A stretch of 52,538 nucleotides of DNA from Proteromonas lacertae (Eukaryota): positions 1 to 52,538 of the forward strand of contig NGBS01000046.1 of the NCBI GenBank assembly GCA_002245135.1, read 5' to 3'. The position numbers and the translations under genes are program-made. The notes beneath the pieces were generated by a model, which saw only the letters and a program-made list of their open reading frames with translations, made no database searches and was not told the DNA's origin. Numbering within the stretch: position 1 is the first letter of the stretch; each line of letters starts with the position of its first letter. Below are positions 1 through 13,098 of the stretch, one piece after another.

Positions 1-3000
1 ACTTCACTCTTGACTTAAGCTTCTTCATCATTTACATTCATCATCATCATCTTCATATTTCTCTGTATTATCTTCTTTATCACTCATTTTAGCTAACTCA
101 GGTTCCATTAGATTACTTTCATTCACGATATATTCCACATCTTCGAAGTTACATTCATCAAGTATATCTTTACTTTCTTCTTTTATTTCATCTTTCACTT
201 CTTCATCAACTTCCAGGACTTCTTCATTTCATTTTCGGTATTATCAACTTCTTCTTTTAATATCACATCATCATCATCTTCATATTTCTCTGTATTATCT
301 TCTTTATCACTCATTTTAGCTAACTCAGGTTCCATTAGATTACTTTCATTCACGATATATTCCACATCTTCGAAGTTACATTCATCAAGTATATCTTTAC
401 TTTCTTCTTTTATTTCATCTTTCACTTCTTCATCAACTTCCAGGACTTCTTCACCTTCTTCTATTCCTTCTTCATTATCAAGACTAGCTATTCTTAAATC
501 ATCATCTTCTAATTTTCTTATATCACTTTCACATATTAATTCACATTTATATATTTCTATTTGACTTACTGCAGCTTCTTCATCATTTTATTTCATCATC
601 ATCATCTTCATATTTCTCTGTATTATCTCTTTATCACTCATTTTAGCTAACTCAGGTTCCATTAGATTACTTTCATTCACGATATATTCCACATCTTCGA
701 AGTTACATTCATCAAGTATATCTTTACTTTCTTCTTTTATTTCATCTTTCACTTCTTCATCAACTTCCACTTCTTCACCTTCTTCTATTCCTTCTTCGGC
801 ATTATCAAGACTAGCTATTCTTAAATCATCATCTTCTAATTTTCTTATATCACTTTCACATATTAATTCACATTTATATATTTCTATTTGACTTAAGCTT
901 CTTCATCATTTACTATTTCATCATCATCATCTTCATATTTCTCTGTATTATCTTCTTTATCACTCATTTTAGCTAACTCAGGGTTCCCATTAGATTACTT
1001 TCATTCACGATATATTCCACATCTTCGAAGTTACATTCATCAAGTATATCTTTACTTTCTTCTTTTATTTTATCTTTCACTTCTTCATCAACTTCCAGGA
1101 CTTCTTCATTTAAACCATTTTCGGTATTATCAACTTCTTCTTTTAATATCACATCATCATCATCTTCATATTTCTCTGTATTATCTTCTTTATCACTCAT
1201 TTTAGCTAACTCAGGTTCCATTAGATTACTTTCATTCACGATATATTCCACATCTTCGAAGTTACATTCATCAAGTATATCTTTACTTTCTTCTTTTATT
1301 TCATCTTTCACTTCTTCATCAACTTCCAGGACTTCTTCATTTAAACCATTTTCGGTATTATCAACTTCTTCTTTTAATATCACATCATCATCATCTTCAT
1401 ATTTCTCTGTATTATCTCCTTTATCACTCATTTTAGCTAACTCAGGTTCCATTAGATTACTTTCATTCACAGATATATTCCACATCTTCGAAGTTACATT
1501 CATCAAGTATATCTTTACTTTCTTCTTTTATTTCATCTTTCACTTCTTCATCAACTTCCAGGACTTCTTCATTTAAACCATTTTCGGTATTATCAACTTC
1601 TTCTTTTAATATCACATCATCATCATCTTCATATTTCTCTGTATTATCTTCTTTATCACTCATTTTAGGCTAACTCAGGTTCCATTAGATTACTTTCATT
1701 CACGATATATTCCACATCTTCGAAGTTACATTCATCAAGTATATCTTTACTTTCTTCTTTTATTTCATCTTTCACTTCTTCATCAACTTCCAGGACTTCT
1801 TCATTTAAACCATTTTCGGTATTATCAACTTCTTCTTTTAATATCACATCATCATCATCTTCATATTTCTCTGTATTATCTTCTTTATCACTCATTTTAG
1901 CTAACTCAGGTTCCATTAGATTACTTTCATTCACGATATATTCCACATCTTCGAAGTTACATTCATCAAGTATATCTTTACTTTCTTCTTTATTTTATCT
2001 TTCACTTCTTCATCAACTTCCAGGACTTCTTCACCTTCTTCTATTCCTTCTTCGGCATTATCAAGACTAGCTATTCTTAAATCATCATCTTTCTAATTTT
2101 CTTATATCACTTTCACATATTTAATTCACATTTATATATTTCTAGTTGACTTACTGCAGCTTCTTCATCATTTACTATTTCATCATCATCATCTTCATAT
2201 TTCTCTGTATTATCTTCTTTATCACTCATTTTAGCTAACTCAGGTTCCATTAGATTACTTTCATTCACGATATATTCCACATCTTCGAAGTTACATTCAT
2301 CAAGTATATCTTTACTTTCTTCTTTTATTTCATCTTTCACTTCTTCATCAACTTCCAGGACTTCTTCATTTAAACCATTTCGGTATTATCAACTTCTTCT
2401 TTTAATATCACATCATCATCATCTTCATATTTCTCTGTATTATCTTCTTTATCACTCATTTTTAGCTAACTCAGGTTCCATTAGATTACTTTCATTCACG
2501 ATATATTCCACATCTTCGAAGTTACATTCATCAAGTATATCTTTACTTTCTTCTTTTATTTCATCTTTCACTTCTTCATCAACTTCCAGGACTTCTTCAT
2601 TTAAACCATTTTCGGTATTATCAACTTCTTCTTTTAATATCACATCATCATCATCTTCATATTTCTCTGTATTATCTTCTTTATCACTCATTTTAGCTAA
2701 CTCAGGTTCCATTAGATTACTTTCATTCACGATATATTCCACATCTTCGAAGTTACATTCATCAAGTATATTCTTTACTTTCTTCTTTTATTTTATCTTT
2801 CACTTCTTCATCAACTTCCAGGACTTCTTCACCTTCTTCTATTCCTTCTTCGGCATTATCAAGACTAGCTATTCTTAAATCATCATCTTCTAATTTTCTT
2901 TATATCACTTTCACATATTAATTCACATTTATATATTTCTAGTTGACTTACTGCAGCTTCTTCATCATTTACTATTTCATCATCATCATCTTCATATTTC

Positions 3001-3830
3001 TCTGTATTATCTTCTTTATCACTCATTTTAGCTAACTCAGGTTCCATTAGATTACTTTCATTCACGATATATTCCACATCTTCGAAGTTACATTCATCAA
3101 GTATATCTTTACTTTCTTCTTTTATTTCATCTTTCACTTCTTCATCAACTTCCAGGACTTCTTCACCTTCTTCTATTCCTTCTTCGGCATTATCAAGACT
3201 AGCTACTCTTAAATCATCATCTTCTAATTTTCTTATATCACTTTCACATATTAATTCACATTTATATATTTCTAGTTGACTTACTGCAGCTTCTTCATCA
3301 TTTACTATTTCATCATCATCATCTTCATATTTCTCTGTATTATCTTCTTTATCACTCATTTTAGCTAACTCAGGTTCCATTAGATTACTTTCATTCACGA
3401 TATATTCCACATCTTCGAAGTTACATTCATCAAGTATATCTTTACTTTCTTCTTTTATTTCATCTTTCACTTCTTCATCAACTTCCAGGACTTCTTCACC
3501 TTCTTCTATTCCTTCTTCGGCATTATCAAGACTAGCTATTCTTAAATCATCATCTTCTAATTTTCTTATATCACTTTCACATATTAATTCACATTTATAT
3601 ATTTCTAGTTGACTTACTGCAGCTTCTTCATCATTTACTATTTCATCATCATCATCTTCATATTTCTCTGTATTATCTTCTTTATCACTCATTTTAGCTA
3701 ACTCAGGTTCCATTAGATTACTTTCATTCACGATATATTCCACATCTTCGAAGTTACATTCATCAAGTATATCTTTACTTTCTTCTTTTATTTCATCTTT
3801 CACTTCTTCATCAACTTCCATCACTTCTTC
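1..3830. repeat. Mixed array of 333-bp (111-aa) and 231-bp (77-aa) units sharing a common core
   Basis: TTGACTTACTGCAGC at 2943, 3276 and 3609 (period 333); ATCTTCGAAG at 1021 and 1252 (period 231); shared core EVDEEVKDEIKEESKDILDECNFEDVEY...KYEDDDD. Confidence 0.95.
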
Positions 3831-6565
3831 ACATTCTTCTATTCTTTCTTCGGCATTATCAACATTACATAATCTTAAATCATCATCTTCTACCTTCTTT
3901 ATATCACTTTCACCTATTATATCACTTTTATATATTAACATTGCACTTATTTCATCACATATTTCTTCTTCTTCTAATATCACTTCCTCATTCTTTAACC
4001 CATCCACTTCACTTTCATTTTCACTTAATAACTCATTCAATTCTTCATCATTATACAATCTTTCTTCTTTTAATAAGTCATCATTCACATTATCATCTTC
4101 TTCTTTTATCATTTCTTCATCTTTGTATATCTCATCTTCATTCTTTATCTCTTCTAAATCAAGTTCATCATTATCATTATCATTGTACTTTATTGCTTCC
4201 ATTAACTCGATATTGTCTTCACTCAGTATATCTTTACTCTCATTTAACTTATTATCATTCAATAATCCATTCACATCACTTTCATTTTCATTTAACACTT
4301 CTTCTTCAACTTCCATCACTTCTTCACATTCTTCTATTCTTTCTTCAGCATTATCAACATTACATAATCTTAAATCATCATCTTCTACCTTCTTTATATC
4401 ACTTTCACCTATTATATCACTTTTATATATTAACATTGCACTTATTTCATCACATATTTCTTCTTCTTCTAATATCACTTCCTCATTCTTTAACCCATCC
4501 ACTTCACTTTCATTTTCACTTAATAACTCATTCAATTCTTCATCATTATACAATCTTTCTTCTTTTAATAAGTCATCATTCATATTATCATCTTCTTCTT
4601 TTATCATTTCTTCATCTTTGTATATCTCATCTTCATTCTTTATCTCTTCTAAATCAAGTTCATCATTATCATTATCATTGTACTTTATTGCTTCCATTAA
4701 CTCGATATTGTCTTCATTCAGTATATCTTTACTCTCATTTAACTTATTATCATTCAATAATCCATTCACATCACTTTCATTTTCATTTAACACTTCTTCT
4801 TCAACTTCCATCACTTCTTCACATTCTTCTATTCTTTCTTCAGCATTATCAACATTACATAATCTTAAATCATCATCTTCTACCTTCTTTATATCACTTT
4901 CACCTATTATATCACTTTTATATATTAACATTGCACTTATTTCATCACATATTTCTTCTTCTTCTAATATCACTTCCTCATTCTTTAACCCATCCACTTC
5001 ACTTTCATTTTCACTTAATAACTCATTCAATTCTTCATCATTATACAATCTTTCTTCTTTTAATAAGTCATCATTCATATTATCATCTTCTTCTTTTATC
5101 ATTTCTTCATCTTTGTATATCTCATCTTCATTCTTTATCTCTTCTAAATCAAGTTCATCATTATCATTATCATTGTACTTTATTGCTTCCATTAACTCGA
5201 TATTGTCTTCATTCAGTATATCTTTACTCTCATTTAACTTATTATCATTCAATAATCCATTCACATCACTTTCATTTTCATTTAACACTTCTTCTTCAAC
5301 TTCCATCACTTCTTCACATTCTTCTATTCTTTCTTCAGCATTATCAACATTACATAATCTTAAATCATCATCTTCTACCTTCTTTATATCACTTTCACCT
5401 ATTATATCACTTTTATATATTAACATTGCACTTATTTCATCACATATTTCTTCTTCTTCTAATATCACTTCCTCATTCTTTAACCCATCCACTTCACTTT
5501 CATTTTCACTTAATAACTCATTCAATTCTTCATCATTATACAATCTTTCTTCTTTTAATAAGTCATCATTCATATTATCTTCTTCTTCTTTTATCATTTC
5601 TTCATCTTTGTATATCTCATCTTCATTCTTTATCTCTTCTAAATCAAGTTCATCATTATCATTATCATTGTACTTTATTGCTTCCATTAACTCGATATTG
5701 TCTTCACTCAGTATATCTTTACTCTCATTTAACTTATTATCATTCAATAATCCATTCACATCACTTTCATTTTCATTTAACACTTCTTCTTCAACTTCCA
5801 TCACTTCTTCACATTCTTCTATTCTTTCTTCAGCATTATCAACATTACATAATCTTAAATCATCATCTTCTACCTTCTTTATATCACTTTCACCTATTAT
5901 ATCACTTTTATATATTAACATTGCACTTATTTCATCACATATTTCTTCTTCTTCTAATATCACTTCCTCATTCTTTAACCCATCCACTTCACTTTCATTT
6001 TCACTTAATAACTCATTCAATTCTTCATCATTATACAACCTTTCTTCTTTTAATAAATCATCTTCTTCATTTGCTTGTTCATTATTCTCACTGTTTATAT
6101 ATGATAAATCTTCATTACCATAGTTTGGATAATTACATGTTATATATTCACATTCTTCTATGTCAATTTCATCTAATATTCCACATGATACATTTAAATT
6201 GCTTATATCTTCTTCTTCTTCTTCACTTGATGTAGGACTTATAATACCAGGTTCAATTGTCTGTTCTATATTATCTGTGTTAATGATCAAATCTGTATAA
6301 ACTATATTATCTTCATTTAAAATATCGAATGATTCATTGTTATGTTTAGCGTTAGTGAGTGAAGCAATTGATGCTAGTGCGCTTATAGATCTATCACTTA
6401 TATCATTAGTTATGTAGCTTTCATCATCATGGTAATTCTTCTTCTGATGGGTCTTCTATTTAAATTGGGTAGTAATCTGCATAAAAAGTCTTGAGTTTGT
6501 TCAAAATAAGTGATTGTGTGATCTCTAAAATCTTCTAATGATTTAAGAGTTATTTCCTTTTCCAT
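1..6565 (-). CDS. Giant acidic (E/D/N-rich) tandem-repeat protein, runs off the left edge; 5' end uncertain
   Basis: 1135-aa ORF 2883..6290 plus many same-sequence fragments to position 1, separated by 1-nt indels. Candidate ATG at 6565, but joining it needs two frame changes in 6290-6460. Confidence 0.7.
3830..6060. repeat. 495-bp (165-aa) tandem repeat, ~4.5 near-identical copies
   Basis: TTGCACTTATTTCATCACAT recurs at 3941, 4436, 4931, 5426 and 5921. Confidence 0.95.
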
Positions 6566-6664
6566 TATATATTTTATATTTTTTAATAAACTAAATTAAG
6601 GTTTTAATTGAAATTGAAAAATTCAAATTTATTATGAAATTTTTGTCAGTTTCATAAAGCTTGA

Positions 6665-7684
6665 ATGGATTTGATTGAAAAAGAATTAAATCATGAATTT
6701 CATGTTGTATGATATTGAAAATATAGTTTTAGATAAGCTTTATTGGAAGAGGAAGTTTTGGCATGGTTTACAAAGTAAAAAGTCTGGCAACTGATCTAGT
6801 TTATGCAGTTAAAAGAATACAGTGTGATATAGATGAAGGAATGTTGAATTCATCTATTTTACGTGAAATTTCGATATTGAAAACTTTAAAACATAATTCC
6901 TTGACTATGTATTAATAATTGTGTTTCATTTTCCTAGTTTGAAAGATATAAAAGTTACAGATATTTCAGTGAACTTATTCTTTGATTATTATCCAATGTC
7001 ACTATCATTACTTATACAGACTCAAATTAATCAACAAATTAATCAAGATTATATCAAATTCATTATGAAATCCATATTTGAAGGAATTAATTATTGTCAT
7101 TCATGTTATAACATCATTCATCGTGATTTGAAACCTCAAGTATTTTTAAATACTAAATCTATAATGTAATTCAATAGAATATTTTCATTGATAATGATGG
7201 AAATGTAAAAATTGGTGATTTTGGATTGGCAAGGATATTAAGTCCATCTTCAAGAGCATTATCACCAAATGTAACATCTCTGTGGTATAAAGCTCCTGAG
7301 ATATTATTCTGTTTATCATCCTATAATACTAAATGTGATATTTGGTCAATAGGATGTATATTTTATGAGATTGTGAATGGTAATGCATTATTCCAGGATG
7401 TTAGATCTGAAGTTGATATGATTTTTAAAATGATAAAAATATTTGGAAGTATAAAGAATGATGATTTACAATATGTTTCTGATTTTCCTATAAATTATCA
7501 GAATCTACCTCGTTTTATTGAACAACCAGTTGAATCTCTTTTACCAAATTGTGATAATAATGGTATAGAGTTATTCAAAGTATAATAATATATATTTCTA
7601 TTGTAACTGTAGAAAATAATGGTTTATAATCCAAAAGATAGAATATCAGCAGAAGATGCCTTGAAATTGTCATATTTTAAATAG
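6665..7684 (+). CDS. CDK-like (CMGC) Ser/Thr kinase, 4 introns
   Basis: Spliced reading MDLIEKELNHEFHVISFIGRGSFGMVYK..AVKRI..NSSILRE (PSTAIRE position)..HRDLKPQN..DFGLAR..VTSLWYKAPE..DIWSIGCIF..RISAEDAL; stop TAG 7682-7684. Confidence 0.9.
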
Positions 7685-7792
7685 ATATCAATAAGTAATT
7701 GTGTAGTAGATTGTATTTGTTGTAATTTTAGAGTTAAATAATAAAAAGAGAGAGATAATTACTAAAATACTCAAATTGTAATACTTTTTTAC

Positions 7793-10700
7793 TTATGCAT
7801 CAATCGATTTTCTATTTCTCTCCAACGATCTTTTAGTTAACAAATCATCAATACTTCTAAACAATTCAGTGGCTGTTTGATTAGCAACAATAACTGATTT
7901 ATCTTGAACAGCTGCTTGTAATACATCATACAATTCATATAATAGAATGAGATCCATTTGTTCATCTTCTGTAGACATTGCATTATAACTATAATATTAA
8001 TAAATATATTAATCTATATACATAGCTTGTAAAGACCTCATAAAATTAACCAAACAAGTGGAAATTATATTTTGATGTTTTACATCATCTGATTTTGATT
8101 TTTGATCATAATAATATTTGATTCTTTTCACTAATTCAGTCATAAACAATGGACATTGAGAAATAGCCTATTGAATATGAATAATATATATATATATATA
8201 TATATAAATTATACAATACACAAAGACACACTTTTATTACTACATAATAAATCTTTCATTGTATTAGACACAGTTGGATCTTCCATTCTTTGTAAATGTT
8301 TTAAAAATGAACCAATTCTAATAATTGAATTTGAATCTGAGAGTAATGGATTCTTTCTTTCACCATATAGTTCTAATGATTTCTGTATAGAATTGAAAGC
8401 TAAACTTGCAAATGATGGTTCACCTAATCCAGCTAAATAAACAGGCATTACTTGATCTAATATTTCTATTTTATGATTCATATCAATTGATTCCATCTTG
8501 GCAATATATGGAGCAACTTTGAGTATAATATTATAGGCGAATTCTTTTAAATTGGCAGTGCCATTGGAGATCAAATTGATTAACAGAGGAATCATTCCTT
8601 TCTTTATACCAATTAATAATCTTCCTTCATTCAAATAACATAATGAATTTCTATATATATATAGATAGTATTAAAAATAGAAATATTAGAATATTTATAT
8701 ATAATAATAATAATATATATACAATGCTTGAACAGCATATGATTTCACATTTTTCTCATTATTTGGTGCTAAATATGGTATTAATATTCCAATTGTATCA
8801 ACTTCTTCTAATGGAGTTTGCAACGTCTGTTCCATTGCTGCTGATTTGATGATTTTAAATATTGTCAACTATAATAAATACAATAAATACATAAAAATAC
8901 ATGTATTTTCTGTAATAATTCAATATTCTCTTCATTATTGGTTGTTGGTTCGTATTGTAACAATGACAATATTGTTCCTAATAATTCTCTATCATTTAAA
9001 CATGTTTTTACTGCTTTATCTCCTTCTGCATAATCACTGATAATTTCTATTACTTTGTGAGTATAAGTTATATCATCTTCACTATTGGCTTTGATTAATT
9101 GTTTTAATGTGTCAGTCAGTGAAATTAACAACCCTGATTTACTAAACATAAAACACCAAAAGTATTTCAATTCGCCGAATTCTAAGACAAAATTTATACC
9201 ATCAATTGCAATATGGATCAAATTCCTATTAATAAAATAAAATATATTTAAAAAAGTAAAAGTAAAAATATAATATATATTATACTTTCCAACAGTATAA
9301 TCACTCTTCAATAATTTCACTAATGCAGGAATACCACCACAAGCAATTAAACTTCTTACTAACGATTCATTAGTAGTAGAATTCATATCTAAATCATCAT
9401 CATATTTCTGACTGAATATCTCTTTAATAAACAATGCAGCAATATTTCTTATCTCAATAGTGTTGGTATAATCACAAAATTGAATAATTAAAGGAAAGAT
9501 TCCAACTAATAAAATGGTTTCCATACTTTTAGGTTCACTTTCTATAGCACTATATAATAGTTTCAATGTATATAATTTAACATCATTATCATTATATTCC
9601 AATAATGGAAATAAGGAAGAAATGACGTGAATTGTGAGAAATGAAGCTTTTAAATCAGGTTCTTGATTAAATAATTCCATTATCTGAATACAAGATTGAA
9701 TTATTATATTTTTAGTATTAGAAGCATCACTTACATTAAGATGATTAATTTGAGTTTGTAACTCATTCTCTAAACGATGTCTTTCTAACTTATCAATTCC
9801 TAAAATATCATCTTCATCTATATATATATATAAAATAATAATAAATACCACTATCACTAAAATCTAAATTAGCAAAATCTTCATCTAAACTTCTCGTATC
9901 CATTTCTTTCAATGATAAATGTATTGAAGTTGGTAAATCATTACTTTCATTTGATAATAAATCATCAAATATCGTATCATCCTCATCATTATCATCTTCA
10001 CGATACATCGTCAAATCACCTTTATTAAATCTCAATGTATTTGATTCAATTGTCGGTGTTTGTCTCACCTTTGGTTTTCTTAATGATGAATGAGGTACTG
10101 ATGATTCTTGTTTAACCTCCTTCTGTGGATTCATCCAAGGATGCTTAAGTAACTCACCTGCTGATAATCTAAACGTTGGTTCTTTTTTAAAACACTCTAA
10201 TAGGAATTCTTTACATTGTGAAGATACTATATCTGGTATAGGAGGATGATCATCTTGTACTATTCTGTATAACGCTGCCATTGGCTGTAAATCGTAATAA
10301 GGAGGTGATCCAGTCATCAACTCAATAATTGTACAACCTACACTCCAAATATCACATGCTGATGTTGGTCCTGCCATTTGTATTACTTCTGGAGCCATCC
10401 AATAGGGTGTACCAACTACTGTCGCCTCTTGTGATTCATTTAGTGCAACTGCTACACCGAAATCTGCTAATTTTACTACACTTTCTTTAGTTGTGAGTAT
10501 ATTTGCGCCTTTTATATCACTATATAAAATAATAATTATAAACATTATACCGATGTACTACACCTTGATTATGTAGATAAGCTAATCCTTCTAATACTTG
10601 CTTAATGTATCTTACACATAACACTTCAGTCAGTGTGTTGAATTTCTTAATTATATCTGACAAACTTCCATTTTCTATGTATTCTATGATTATATATAGG

Positions 10701-11026
10701 TTATTTTCAGTATTAATTGTATCAACATATTTGACTATATTGGGATGATTCAATCGTTTTAATAAATCAACTTCTACAGTCAATGATTTGATTTGATCGT
10801 GAGATATATTATTTAACCCAATTCTCTTGATTGCTACAAAATCTCCTGTTTCACTGTTCATACCTTTGTATACTACACCATATCCACCTTTTCCAATTTG
10901 ATCGCCGATTTGCTACAAATAAAGATTCAAAAATACGTAAGGCATTAATCTTCTAGGGTCATCTTCTTTTTCTACTCTTGATTGAGTCAAATGTCCTCCT
11001 CTCTTGTCAAGCTTCTTTTTCAACAT
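7793..11026 (-). CDS. Cdc15/Cdc7(S. pombe)/SepH/MAP3K-epsilon-like STE kinase with C-terminal ARM/HEAT-like region, multi-intron
   Basis: [80 protein letters not shown], followed by helical-repeat exons (ORFs 8865..9857, 8209..8634, 7793..7978). Confidence 0.85.
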
Positions 11027-11154
11027 CTCAATACCAAAATAAATAAAAAAATTGAAGTTTGTCCTTGAAACAAGCCAAACGTAATTCAAACTTATATTCA
11101 ATTTCCCAAATCAATTTTCACAAATATAAAATAAAATACAATACAAAATAAGAA

Positions 11155-11859
11155 TTATTCGACTGAAGCTGCTGCTTCAATATCAGCAGGTGTAACTAAA
11201 TCACCATCAATCTTTTTCAACTGAGGAACAAACTTTAAGACTTTCAATTTAGCTTCTTCACGACTCATACCTTCATATATTGGATTACCTACAAAAAGAA
11301 CATCTCTGAGGTTTGGCAAAGCAGACTATTTGAATAATATGGCAATAATATCAATTTTATACCAATTTTTGAATTTCAGACCAATTAGAGATTTTATTAT
11401 TACTCATATACAACGTTGTCAAGTTACGAAGAATGTTGATACCACTCAATGAAGTAATTAAATTATATGACAACCATAATTCTTCTAATGTATCACTTAC
11501 ATCTTCTAATTTTTCAATACGACGAATTTGATTTCTTCCAAGTGAAAGAATTCTTAAAGATTTCATACCAGGAAGGGCAATCATTCTATCAATTGAATTG
11601 GTTGATAATGATAATTGTCTATAGTAAATTTAAATTAGATAAAAGGTTAAAATACTCGCATTCTCTCAATTCGTTTAAGGAGTTATCCATTTTAGCAATT
11701 GGTGGTATTTGACATATTAATTTTATACACTTTGCTTCAGATGGTTTTTCACCTGTCTTTTCAGCCTAATAAATCACAAAAAATAAAAATACCCATCTTT
11801 TAAGTGCTTCAGATATACTGGTCTATAATGAAAATTTGATAAATATATTATACTGCCAT
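11155..11859 (-). CDS. DNAL1: Outer-arm dynein light chain 1 (LC1), SDS22-like LRR
   Basis: IPPIAKMDNSL..LSLSTNSIDRM..LRILSLGRNQIRRIEKLEDVSDTLEELWLSYNLITSLSGI..LYMSNNKISNWSEIQKL..GNPIY..VPQLKKIDG follows LC1; 4 GTAT-AG introns. Confidence 0.93.
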
Positions 11860-11905
11860 TTATATTAGATGATTAATAATTAAAAAATGATTTTAAAAAT
11901 ATGAG

Positions 11906-11925
11906 AAACGGCAAAGCTTGGCTTG
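11906..11925. promoter_or_regulatory. Candidate bidirectional promoter elements AAACG + AAGCTTG/GGCTTG (example of a window-wide motif)
   Basis: Lies in the ~105-nt gap between the divergent DNAL1 and TPR genes; the same motifs recur in most other 5' spacers. Confidence 0.5.
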
Positions 11926-11964
11926 TAAGTTTTTCTTTTTTCTTTTTTTTTGATTTTCTATTGA

Positions 11965-13034
11965 ATGAGCCAGAATAATATACTACCTGTGGAACAAAAA
12001 GTATTGAATCTATCTAAATATTTTATTGATGTATAAACCATTTGTGTAATGTCTTTTTAGGGTAATTATAACGCAGCATTAAAAGAATTAGATAATAATC
12101 TAGAAGAATATAAATCAATAGGATTACTACCAGATGATGATATGGATTATATAACAGAAGCATCAATGTTGTGTAATACTCACGCCTGTTTATTATTACA
12201 AGGTGGTTTATTAGAAGATGCTAATTCCTTACTGAAAAGAGCAATCAGTTTAACTTCATTAATAATCCAATCCAATCCAAAGTCTTTTTTCTCACTTCAA
12301 GCTAGATCAAGTGCTTTATATAATATGGGTAAATACGAAGAAATATTACATCATTTACCTCAATGTTTAACTTATTATATGAGGTGTTTAGAATCAGATG
12401 AAGTTATCTTTGAACTCTGTAAATATCATGCGAATGAAAGAGGTAGTGTAGATAGTTGCACATTAGCGTCAGATTATTTAAATATTGCTCGAATTTTGAA
12501 TGAATTAAATAAACCAATTTTAACTAAAGAATATCTTAATTCAGCTATTCAAAATTTAAATGCAAGTTTAGAATTATCTAATCGTGATAAACCTGCAATA
12601 AAAAGAATATTTGTATCAGCGTTGTATAATTTAGGGATAATTGAAGAAAAACTAGAAAATGTATAAAACAAAGAATGTTTATATAAATATTTATAGTTTA
12701 AAAATGCTGAGAATGCATTTAATCATGGATTTAAAATTTGTGAAGAAGAATGGGGTGAAAGTGAAGAAATAACAAATGTATTAATGAAAAAATTAAAAGA
12801 AATAAAATATAAAAATGTTAGAATAAATGAAGAGAAGAGAATAAAGAAAGAAGAGAAAAAAGAAAGAGAGTTTATGATGATAGAAAATAGTATATATTTT
12901 ATTATTTGGAATGAATATTTTTATAAAACATAGAAATGGGAAATTCTCCTTATAGACCATCGCCTCCTAAAAGTAAAAGTAAAAGAAATGTTAGAAATAA
13001 TAATGTAAGACAATTATTTTATAATAGAAATTAA
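11965..13034 (+). CDS. TPR-repeat protein, 3 introns
   Basis: TPR-like helices SSALYNMGKYEE, ASDYLNIARILNELNK, VSALYNLGIIEEKLENFKNAENAF; the spliced frame closes at TAA 13032-13034. Confidence 0.7.
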
Positions 13035-13098
13035 TATAAATATTGTTTTTATTTATTAAATACCTTTTTTTATTATTTTCTTTTAAACAAATTTTTAT

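Noticed and set aside
1..2900. Programmed frameshifting or many separate small genes in the left array
   Set aside because: The indels are scattered, often in homopolymers, and concentrate toward both window ends, as expected for low-coverage long-read consensus error.
3941..6235. Long plus-strand ORFs (764 aa His/Leu-rich; 666 aa Ser/Phe-rich)
   Set aside because: Antisense shadows of the GAA/GAT-rich repeat gene; the composition and tandem repetition explain the lack of stops.
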